Of a stretch of 53,069 nucleotides of DNA, positions 16,635 through 24,250 are shown one piece after another. Each line of letters starts with the position of its first letter. Position 1 is the stretch's first letter. The notes below the pieces were generated by a model. That model saw nothing but the letters and a program-made list of their open reading frames with translations, did not search any database and was not told the origin of the DNA. This DNA comes from a virus. Lineage: Duplodnaviria > Caudoviricetes. The stretch is from IMG/VR virus record IMGVR_UViG_3300037883_000032, positions 1 to 53,069 of that record. The stretch is one strand, 5' to 3'. The translations under genes and the position numbers were made by a program.

Positions 16635-17234
16635 TCAGATCGCCGCTGCCGGCGCGAATTTGGGGGCGAGCAGAACACGGATCCGTAGACCGGTGGTGCC
16701 CACGATTTCCTCGGGGACGGGGGTCGCCTGGCCTGGCCGCGGGACGGCGGGCGGGTCGACGATCACGTAGCCGACGAGGTTGTTGGCGGTCACGCCCGCG
16801 TTGCTGATGGTCTGAGCGTCCGCGCCGAGCGTGACTTTTTCGTAGGGCTTGTACGTCTGCCCGTTCGTCGCCTGGAGGAACACGATCGCCTTGCAGAGCA
16901 CGGGGACCTGCGCCATCGGCGGTTCGAGGGTTTCGCCGCCGCCGTACACTTCGGGTTTGTTCCCGCCGACCGCGCACCCGATGAGGCCTTCGGAGTTATG
17001 CGCCGTTTTGCCCGTTTCCACGTCTTTCGGTTCGATGCATGGGCGGGCCGTGAAGTTCACGGCGTCCCAGAAGACGAGGTCGCCCTCGTTGATCGTGAAT
17101 TCCGTGGTGACGACGACGGACTGTCCTAGCTCGTCGTGGTCGATGATGCTGACCGGGTTCGTGTACGCCGAGGTTGCACCGGCGAGTCGGGGCAGCACAC
17201 CGTCGTTCGCGGCGATTATGTCCTTGAGCTTCAT
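16635..17234 (-). CDS. Head decoration / capsid cement protein
   Basis: 199 aa between protease and MCP; INEGDLV...IG.A pattern; AAGGAG SD. Confidence 0.65.
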   Translation of the reverse strand: MKLKDIIAANDGVLPRLAGATSAYTNPVSIIDHDELGQSVVVTTEFTINEGDLVFWDAVNFTARPCIEPKDVETGKTAHNSEGLIGCAVGGNKPEVYGGGETLEPPMAQVPVLCKAIVFLQATNGQTYKPYEKVTLGADAQTISNAGVTANNLVGYVIVDPPAVPRPGQATPVPEEIVGTTGLRIRVLLAPKFAPAAAI

Positions 17235-17269
17235 GGCGGTGTGGCTCCTTTACGCTCGGATTGGGAGGG

Positions 17270-18784
17270 TCAGGCCGCGGCCTGCTCGGGAAGGATGGGG
17301 ATGCCCGCCTCGGCGAGCCGCTCGGCGCCTCCACCGGTGGGGGTGGCTGAGCCGATTGGACGGAGCGCGCCGGCGCCCTCGACGCTGGCGGGCGCGCCGA
17401 TGCCGAGGCTCTCGCGGAACCTCGCGAACAGGTCCTCCTCGTACGCCTTGACGCTCTCCAGGTGGGCCTTCATCGCGTCCTCGCCGTCGAGCGTCACGAG
17501 GGTGTTGAATAGGCTCGTCGCTTTGTCGGCGGGCACCTCGGCCTCGCGGAGCACCTTCGCCGCGAGCTGCGCGCGCTCGAGCGACGTGTTCTTCGACCGC
17601 AGCTCGTCGCGCTCGGTCGTCAGCTCGGTGACCTTCGCCTCGGCCTCCTGGAGCTTCACTTCGACCGCGGCGGCGTCGCCGGCGCCCTCAGCCTCGCGGA
17701 ACTCGACCTTGACCTCCTGCTCGATCTCGGCTTTCGCGAGATCAGCCAGCTCGGCCTCGGCCTCACGGAGGCCCGTGACGGCACCCTTCACGTCCTCGTC
17801 GCTGGCGCCCTCTTTCGTGAGCGCCGCGAAGCTCTCGCGGATCTTGGCGTGGGCGGCGGTGAGCTTCGGGGTGAAGTCGGCGAGCTTCATGGTGTGAGCC
17901 TCCTGTGGGCTAGGTAGATGCGTCCGTGCCACGCTCTCGCGTAGCCGGCGAACGATGGTGCCGCCCGCGGCGGCCCTGGTCACCACATCGGCGCTCGGCG
18001 CCTCCGTGATCTTGCGGCAGATGTTCATCCGCTGCCCGGCGACTTCGCCGGCTTCGACGAGGCCACCACCGTCGATCGAGATGCCGCAGAGCTGCACACC
18101 GTCGCCTCTCGCGGCGATCGCGCTCTCGAGCAGGTCGACGAACCACTTCTGGCCTTTGTTGACGACGAGTTCGGCGACCGCGGCCGGCTTGCCTTTGCTG
18201 CCGGACTCCACGAATCGCACGTTGCGGTAGTAGCCGACGAGGGTACGCACGCTGCGCTCCGGCCGGTTGGCCTCCTCGTCCTTCCCGGGATGATCGGCGT
18301 ACGCCTGCATCCCGTTGAAGACCCCGCTGGACACGGCCTCGCGCAAAGCCTGCGCGGTGTAGAAGACGTTGTCGCGCTTGTTGCCGGGGCCTTCGCTGAG
18401 CAGCTCAACCTCGTACACGGGGCCGCCCGTCATGCCGTTCGCCTCGCGTAGCTTGAAGGTGCCCTCGGTGAGGGGGTTCAGCGCGACGCTCTCCTGGATC
18501 GCGGCCTTGATGAGACCGGACCCTTCGCACGTCGGGCAGATGTCGCCGTCTTTGATGCCCGTCGCTTCGCAGGTCGGGCAGTCTTTGGTGGCGCGGTTCC
18601 CGTCGTCGCCGTCACCGTCACCGTCGCTACCGACGGACGTTCCGCCGCCGGCGCCGCCGCGCACGAGCTGCGGTGCGCTGGTCTCCGCGACGGCCTCGAG
18701 GAGACGTACTTTGCGGAGCCTGCGCGCGAGGGTCGGGGTCGATCCCCGTAGGCGCGCAAACATTCCCGGAACGATGAGCTTCAT
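17270..18784 (-). CDS. Prohead protease-scaffold fusion with N-terminal CxxC zinc finger
   Basis: EGPGN..D..FY...AL, MQAYADHP...ERSV..LVG, GISI (Ser), SAD.VT..AAGG; coiled-coil scaffold C-terminus; CPTCEATG..CPTCEGSG. Confidence 0.85.
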   Translation of the reverse strand: MKLIVPGMFARLRGSTPTLARRLRKVRLLEAVAETSAPQLVRGGAGGGTSVGSDGDGDGDDGNRATKDCPTCEATGIKDGDICPTCEGSGLIKAAIQESVALNPLTEGTFKLREANGMTGGPVYEVELLSEGPGNKRDNVFYTAQALREAVSSGVFNGMQAYADHPGKDEEANRPERSVRTLVGYYRNVRFVESGSKGKPAAVAELVVNKGQKWFVDLLESAIAARGDGVQLCGISIDGGGLVEAGEVAGQRMNICRKITEAPSADVVTRAAAGGTIVRRLRESVARTHLPSPQEAHTMKLADFTPKLTAAHAKIRESFAALTKEGASDEDVKGAVTGLREAEAELADLAKAEIEQEVKVEFREAEGAGDAAAVEVKLQEAEAKVTELTTERDELRSKNTSLERAQLAAKVLREAEVPADKATSLFNTLVTLDGEDAMKAHLESVKAYEEDLFARFRESLGIGAPASVEGAGALRPIGSATPTGGGAERLAEAGIPILPEQAAA

Positions 18785-18795
18785 GAGCGCCGGGC

Positions 18796-18807
18796 ATCGT
18801 AGACCCC
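18796..18807 (-). promoter_or_regulatory. GGGGTCTACGAT motif copy 3
   Basis: 11 nt upstream of the protease ATG. Confidence 0.6.
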
Positions 18808-18828
18808 GGGTGCGGCGGCGAGTTGGTT

Positions 18829-19299
18829 TCAGGCGCTCGTCAGCATCGCGAGGAGACCCTCTAGCCGCGGGTTGTGCTGTGACGGTTCGCGCGGGCTTTG
18901 CGGCAGCTTCTGAAGACCACGCTCTAGGCACATCGAGCCGAGGTGGTAGCTCATTTCCTTGCGAGCGCGACGCTGCGCTATCTCATCGCGGTGAGCGTGC
19001 GTGTAGCGTTCAAACGCGTCGAGGTAGAGACGCTGCGCAGGCGTGACGCGATCGTCGCCCCACGCGCAGCCCACCGGGTCCATCCATCCGGCCTCCCACG
19101 CCACCGCGATCGCCTGGTGCCCGTTGTGAACATCGAGCTTGAGGTAACAGGCATGCAACGCCGTCCGCACGGTGCTTACCGTGACGCTCATATCGAGCGC
19201 GATCTGCGCGTAGGTGCCTCCCGCCGCTAACAGCCGCAGCGTGTTCCACTGGCCCGGGTGGAGCGGGCAACCGTCAGGGACCGGGGTCGCGACGTACAT
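18829..19299 (-). CDS. LuxR-type HTH transcriptional regulator
   Basis: LRLLAAGGTYAQIA.DM.V..STVRT.L...Y.KL.V.N..QA.A.A...G. Confidence 0.8.
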   Translation of the reverse strand: MYVATPVPDGCPLHPGQWNTLRLLAAGGTYAQIALDMSVTVSTVRTALHACYLKLDVHNGHQAIAVAWEAGWMDPVGCAWGDDRVTPAQRLYLDAFERYTHAHRDEIAQRRARKEMSYHLGSMCLERGLQKLPQSPREPSQHNPRLEGLLAMLTSA

Positions 19300-19302
19300 C
19301 GC

Positions 19303-19644
19303 TCACCCGACGACCTTCGGCCACCGCCACGAGCCTGGCTCGATGTCCTCGCCGACGAGCGGCTTTGCCTGGGGGATGTCCCACTCCTGGTACACGCCTC
19401 CGACGTTCTCGGCGATGCCGTGTGGCGCGGGGACCTTGAAGTCTTCGGCGGTCGCGCGCTTGCCGGGCGGTCCTGGCGTGAAGACGACCAGGTGCACGTT
19501 CGTCGACGAGCTGCACCCGGGCAGGAGACCAGCGTCGACGTTCTTCTGGTTGAGCGTGTCGATGGTGCCCGCGACGATCGCCGGGCAGTCGTAGTCACCG
19601 GTGCGAGACCGGTAGATGACGATGCGGCCGATCGTGGGCTTCAT
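19303..19644 (-). CDS. Conserved phage hypothetical protein
   Basis: MKPTIGRIV.Y...PAIV...V.L.VF...W.WP pattern; GAGGAGG SD. Confidence 0.7.
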   Translation of the reverse strand: MKPTIGRIVIYRSRTGDYDCPAIVAGTIDTLNQKNVDAGLLPGCSSSTNVHLVVFTPGPPGKRATAEDFKVPAPHGIAENVGGVYQEWDIPQAKPLVGEDIEPGSWRWPKVVG

Positions 19645-19883
19645 GCTGGTGCCTCCTCGGCAGTGACGGCGAAGCCCTCGAGGCCCAGCGCGCGGCCCGC
19701 GCCGACGAGCAGCTTCTGCCCCAGCCGCATGGCTTGCTCGGGCGACAGCGACCAGTAGTCAGCGCGGCCGTCGCTCGCGCCGGCGGGCGTGCCGGCAATG
19801 TAGAGCGTCAGGAACCGGTGCTGGCCCTCGTCGTCGGGTGCCCAGGACTGGATCACGTCGGTGTGCGTCTCCGGGTAGTCCAT
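19641..19883 (-). CDS. Hypothetical protein
   Basis: 80 aa, GGAGG SD, coupled to the next gene. Confidence 0.55.
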   Translation of the reverse strand: MDYPETHTDVIQSWAPDDEGQHRFLTLYIAGTPAGASDGRADYWSLSPEQAMRLGQKLLVGAGRALGLEGFAVTAEEAPA

Positions 19884-19885
19884 GC

Positions 19886-20170
19886 TCAGTGCCTCCAGTT
19901 TTGTCGGACGATGATGATGTCGGTCGCCTCGTTGTAGGAGACGTTCCGTTCGACTTCGGCCATCTGCCGCTTGCTCTGGATGCTGTAGCGGCGGTGAAAC
20001 AGGTCGAACCCCGCGAGAATGTCGGCGAGCGTCGCTGCTGAGCCGGGCGTGTCGTTGATCGCTTTCGCGACGCGGGGCGCGCGGTTCAGGAGCCACGCCC
20101 AGGCGTTCAGGATCTCCGGTCCCATCTCGATCGACGCGCGGCGAGGGGAGGCTGCGGCGGGGGCGCTCAC
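19886..20170 (-). CDS. Hypothetical protein
   Basis: 94 aa, GTGA coupling. Confidence 0.5.
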   Translation of the reverse strand: MSAPAAASPRRASIEMGPEILNAWAWLLNRAPRVAKAINDTPGSAATLADILAGFDLFHRRYSIQSKRQMAEVERNVSYNEATDIIIVRQNWRH

Positions 20171-20274
20171 GCGGTTTCCACCAGCACGACCGCAGTGCAG
20201 ATGATGGCCGCGACCGCGATGCAGATGATCGTGAAGCAGATCCAGCCGAACTTCGTGTCGTCGAGGTCGTTCAT
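20167..20274 (-). CDS. Small single-TM protein (possible lysis accessory)
   Basis: 35 aa hydrophobic FGWICFTIICIAVAAIICTAVVLV, coupled to the lysin stop. Confidence 0.5.
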   Translation of the reverse strand: MNDLDDTKFGWICFTIICIAVAAIICTAVVLVETA

Positions 20275-21251
20275 GCCGCGAGTTCCCGCTTGACTTGCTG
20301 GCCTTCGCGCTCCCACTTCAGGCACCGCGGTCCGCGGTGTTCGTGGTTGTGCTCCCGCCGGCGGCAGCCGTACACCACGAGCACACGACGCAGGGTGCGC
20401 TGACGAGCGACAAGCGCGCGCTTGTCGACGGGGCGCTTGCGGACGATGCTGGTGAGGCCTTCGTCGCGGCTCAGGTCGCTCGCGCCGATCCCCGGGATCG
20501 AGTGGGGGAACGCGCCGATTTCTCCGTCGGTGTGCTGCCACGCGACGCGGTGCCCACGACACAGGAAGCACCCGGGCGAGCTGCCGTACGCGGCGTCCCA
20601 CTCGGGGTCGTTCGGGCGGGCGCCACCGGGATAGGTGCCGCTGCTGGAGTAGTCGGGGCTGGGCAGCCCGGTCTTCCGTTCGACCTCGCGACTGAAGGCA
20701 CCCATGCAGCCGGATGGCAGGGGGACCTCGCCGTCGCCGATCAGCGGCCCGCTGTCGAGACCGCCCGGGATGAGACTGAGGGCGTAGTCGGCCTCGCTCG
20801 CGCAGTTCGACCAGGGCCGCTCGAAGAAGTAGACGGCGTGCCAGATGTGCAGTTCGCGGACTTCGCGGAGGTAGCGCAGGAAGACCGTGTCGTGGTGGCT
20901 GCCGTCGGCGACGCGGATCACGACACCGCAGATGTGGGAGCGGGCTTCGCGCCAGTTGATGTGCGGCTGGAATTCGCTCACGTCGGGGACCTGGCAGCCG
21001 CCCGTCGCCGTCGGTGCGACTGGCGAGAGCTGTGATGCGGTCGCGCGCGCCGGCGTGCAGACACCCATCACGCCGTGGCCGGCGTTCGGCACGCATGAGT
21101 GCGGGGCCGCTTCGAGCGGCGCCGTGGTGGGCGCGGGAACGGTCCTGGTGATGGTCCGCGTCGAGGTGGTGCTGGAGTCGATCGCGGCGCCGATGATGCC
21201 CGCGCCGATGGCTGTAGCGATGAGCGGTGCGACTAGCTGGCTGCGCTTCAC
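20271..21251 (-). CDS. GH25 muramidase (lysin) with N-terminal signal/TM segment
   Basis: PDVSEFQ..INW, VYFF, DGE (DxE), W.AAY, AWQHTD, DLS; hydrophobic N-terminus plus Thr/Pro linker; GGGAGG SD. Confidence 0.85.
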   Translation of the reverse strand: MKRSQLVAPLIATAIGAGIIGAAIDSSTTSTRTITRTVPAPTTAPLEAAPHSCVPNAGHGVMGVCTPARATASQLSPVAPTATGGCQVPDVSEFQPHINWREARSHICGVVIRVADGSHHDTVFLRYLREVRELHIWHAVYFFERPWSNCASEADYALSLIPGGLDSGPLIGDGEVPLPSGCMGAFSREVERKTGLPSPDYSSSGTYPGGARPNDPEWDAAYGSSPGCFLCRGHRVAWQHTDGEIGAFPHSIPGIGASDLSRDEGLTSIVRKRPVDKRALVARQRTLRRVLVVYGCRRREHNHEHRGPRCLKWEREGQQVKRELAA

Positions 21252-21304
21252 GGAATGCCTCCCCGCAGTGGTTTCGAGGGAGGCTTTCAAGCCCGTCGGA
21301 CGGT

Positions 21305-21517
21305 CTACGTGCGGCGCAGCCGGGTGTAGCCCTCCTTCTCCATCCGCTTGATGACCTGTGGGCCTGGCTCGCCGTCCGGGTAGTGGCCCTTCGGCACGGC
21401 GATCCGTGGCCCGTCCGTGACGCCCGGCTCCAGGTCGAGCCGGGCAGCCTCCTCGTGCCGCAGGCGGTCGGTGAACGACGGGAACTCGACGGTCTCGAGA
21501 GCGCCGCTGCGCGTCAC
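21305..21517 (-). CDS. Hypothetical protein
   Basis: 70 aa, GTGA coupling. Confidence 0.5.
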   Translation of the reverse strand: MTRSGALETVEFPSFTDRLRHEEAARLDLEPGVTDGPRIAVPKGHYPDGEPGPQVIKRMEKEGYTRLRRT

Positions 21518-21762
21518 CAGTCGCCTCCCGTGTTGTCGATGTCTACCGTTGCCATCGAGAAGCGCGGATCCAGGCCATCACCGGGACCGACCTCGACGTG
21601 CTCGCCGTCGAGTCCCTTGCGCATGACGTGGAGACTACCTCCCATCGAGGCGAGGTAGAGGGTGTCAGGCCATCGCCGAGCTAACCGCTGTAGCGATTCG
21701 ATCGCGCGACGCTCATCCTCAGTGCGGACGAGGATGCGCACGCTTCCACCGGGCGGCAGCAT
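21514..21762 (-). CDS. Hypothetical protein
   Basis: 82 aa, TGATG coupling. Confidence 0.55.
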   Translation of the reverse strand: MLPPGGSVRILVRTEDERRAIESLQRLARRWPDTLYLASMGGSLHVMRKGLDGEHVEVGPGDGLDPRFSMATVDIDNTGGDW

Positions 21763-22031
21763 CAGAGGCCGTGCTTGGCGAGGTTCGCGCGCGTGACCTG
21801 CTGGTAGCGCTCGTCGTCGGCCAGGTCGTACAGGTGCTCGCCGGCGATCTCGCGCGCTTCGCTTTCCTCGAGCTGCGACATGCTGGCCGTGAACGGGTCC
21901 AGCTCGACCGTGTGCCACAGACCAGCGGTCTGCTCGGTGGGGAGCCACGCCTCGAAGTGCAGGCTCCCCGCGGGCTGTTCGCGGAGGAGGCCGTAGTCGA
22001 AGTGCTGGTGGAAGCGGGCTGGGGCTGTCAT
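21762..22031 (-). CDS. Small acidic protein, candidate immunity protein for the MuF toxin
   Basis: 89 aa starting 5 nt after the MuF-RelA stop; function inferred from position only. Confidence 0.55.
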   Translation of the reverse strand: MTAPARFHQHFDYGLLREQPAGSLHFEAWLPTEQTAGLWHTVELDPFTASMSQLEESEAREIAGEHLYDLADDERYQQVTRANLAKHGL

Positions 22032-22036
22032 GGTGC

Positions 22037-23857
22037 CTAAAGTGTAGCCCCCCGCGACAGCGAAAGCACGCGTTTCAGGCGGTCCAGGAGCGATGGTTTC
22101 TTCGGTGGTTGCAGCAACGCGGTGCGCTCGGCGGGGGTGAGGCTCCGCTCGATCCCGGACGCTTGCCCGGCGACGACGTACCGGAAGTGCACGCGGCCGT
22201 CCTGGTCGATGCGGGTGATGAGCGCGGGTTTGCCGGGCCACTCGGAGATCTCGCCGGCGCGTGGTGGGCCGCCGGCGACGCGCTCGGGGAAGATCACGGC
22301 GTCGGCTTTGGCTGGTGGTGTGGCACGCTCCGCTAGACCGTACACGCGTCGGCTTTCGACCGTCGCTTTGTCGAGCTGGCGCTGCTCCGCAAGGGTGCGG
22401 TCCCCGGTTTTCTTCTCCAGGATGGGGCGGACCTGGTCGTAGAACTGGTGGCCGCCGCCCTGCTCCTTCGCGACCATCAGCGGGATCGTGTTGATCTGTA
22501 GCTCCGCGACGTGCCCGTCGGGGCTGACCAGGTGCATCGAGAGGTCCTTGTAGCCGAACGTGTTCGCGCCCGTGTTGATCTTGCTGCCCTGCTCGCGGGT
22601 GAAGCGGTTCTCGAGGCCGGTGACTTTCCAGCCGGCGGCGTCGGCCTCCTTCACGATGGCGTGGAGTGCGGCGGGCAGCTCCTCCATGCTGGGCACGGCG
22701 ATCGTGCCGCGAACGATGTCCTTCAGCTTCGTGAAGTCACCCGCGTACTTCGTCTTGACCTTTTCGAGACCGCGGCCGTCTTTCGCCTTCAAGGGTGCGG
22801 TGATGACGAGGGGGTGCTGGACCTGGCTGGCGGCGGCGCGGGCGCCTGGGCTGACCTGCTCGATCGCGCCGAGACGGTCGCCGGCACGCTGGAGGATCTG
22901 GTCGAACGCGGGCTTGACCTTCTCGCCCTGCGCCCAGAGCTTCTCGGGGTCCGCGATCTTCTGCCCGGGGTCTGTGTGGAAGTTCTCGCGGCTCATGCGC
23001 CCGAGCTGTGTCACCGCGGCTTGCTGTGAAGCGGTCGGCTCGAGCACGGGCACGCTCGCGCCGAACAACGCGGGTGGTGGGCTGGTGAGCGCTGCGCTCC
23101 ACTCGCCGGGTTCGCGGGCTTCCGCGATCCGCGCGATCGTCGCTTCCTCGTCCTGGCTGAGTGGTGGGAGTTCGCCTTCGGGGCCGACCTGTTCGTCTGA
23201 GGCTTGCATCACGCACCGGCAGCCCGCGTTGCAGATCGTGTCGCCCGCACCGGGACGTGTGGGCCAGTCCGCGAGCGGCATCGGTGGGAGGCCTGCCAGC
23301 TCCTCGCAGTCGCCGCAGACGCGCTCGTCGGCCTCCGGGAGCCATTCGAGGAGCTGCCCGTCGGCGTTCGCTGCCTGTGCGTAGCCGTCTTGCTCGCCGG
23401 TCCAGGCGACGCTGTCACCGGCGTTGAGCCGCCACGCGTTGCTGTCCGCCCATTCTTCGACGGCGAGGGCCTCGGCGTGCTGCATGATCTCGCCGGGCGG
23501 GATCTCGCCGGCCCTGGCGAGATCCGTGCTCTGCTGGAGATGGTCTGAGGTGGGGACGGTCGCGAGGAGTTCGCCGACCATCCGGTCGAGGCCTTTGCGG
23601 GCGCCACCGAGCGCTTCAGCTTGCGCTTCGGGGTCCGGCAGGGCTGGCGGCCGGTAGGGGCGCAGACGCACGGCGAGGAGGACCGCGCCGGCGCCGGCCG
23701 CTAGACCGATGTCGGCTTCGTCTTCGGACGGCCCCGGCTGGGCGGGGTCCTCGTCGGGTTCGTAGCTCGCGACGCCGTGATGCCACGCCTGGACGTACGT
23801 CTCGTCGAGCAGCCGTGCCTGTGCAGCGTGAAACTGCTGCACGGCGCCGGGGTCCAC
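22037..23857 (-). CDS. MuF-type minor head protein fused to a RelA/SpoT-like nucleotidyltransferase domain
   Basis: MuF-like W...DERVC.DC...PG.G.T.C..GCRC; C-terminal PLK...R..EK..KY.GD..KLKDIVR, GYKDL, AELQI, H.FY. Confidence 0.8.
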   Translation of the reverse strand: MDPGAVQQFHAAQARLLDETYVQAWHHGVASYEPDEDPAQPGPSEDEADIGLAAGAGAVLLAVRLRPYRPPALPDPEAQAEALGGARKGLDRMVGELLATVPTSDHLQQSTDLARAGEIPPGEIMQHAEALAVEEWADSNAWRLNAGDSVAWTGEQDGYAQAANADGQLLEWLPEADERVCGDCEELAGLPPMPLADWPTRPGAGDTICNAGCRCVMQASDEQVGPEGELPPLSQDEEATIARIAEAREPGEWSAALTSPPPALFGASVPVLEPTASQQAAVTQLGRMSRENFHTDPGQKIADPEKLWAQGEKVKPAFDQILQRAGDRLGAIEQVSPGARAAASQVQHPLVITAPLKAKDGRGLEKVKTKYAGDFTKLKDIVRGTIAVPSMEELPAALHAIVKEADAAGWKVTGLENRFTREQGSKINTGANTFGYKDLSMHLVSPDGHVAELQINTIPLMVAKEQGGGHQFYDQVRPILEKKTGDRTLAEQRQLDKATVESRRVYGLAERATPPAKADAVIFPERVAGGPPRAGEISEWPGKPALITRIDQDGRVHFRYVVAGQASGIERSLTPAERTALLQPPKKPSLLDRLKRVLSLSRGATL

Positions 23858-23860
23858 GGG

Positions 23861-24187
23861 TTACCCGTCTGTGGGTGCGGCGGTGCCCTGCGCGACCATC
23901 GGGTCGCGTTCGTTGCTCGCGATCTGCGCGCCGGCCAGCTCCGCGCCGCCGACGGCCAAGGCAGGCTCGCTGTCCTGTTTGTCCTGGATCAGCGTGGCGG
24001 CCTGGTCCTCGATTGACTCCGCGGGACGCTGGCCGGGCAGCTCGAGCGTGGGCGGGTCGGCGCTCGGGAAGTTGTCGCCCTTCGGCTCGGCCGGCTTCGC
24101 GGCGGCCTTCGGAGCAGCGGCTTTCTTCGGGGCCGCTTTCTTCGCGGCGGGCTTCCGGGCTTTCGCGGGTTTGCTTGCGGTCGGCAT
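23861..24187 (-). CDS. Hypothetical protein with K/A/P-rich histone-like N-terminus
   Basis: KPAKARKPAAKKAAPKKAAAPK; GGAGG SD. Confidence 0.65.
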   Translation of the reverse strand: MPTASKPAKARKPAAKKAAPKKAAAPKAAAKPAEPKGDNFPSADPPTLELPGQRPAESIEDQAATLIQDKQDSEPALAVGGAELAGAQIASNERDPMVAQGTAAPTDG

Positions 24188-24250
24188 GTGGCCTCCAGTC
24201 TGAGAGCGGTCCTCTAGCTTGCGTGAGCGTACGGGTTCCTCACGACGGCA

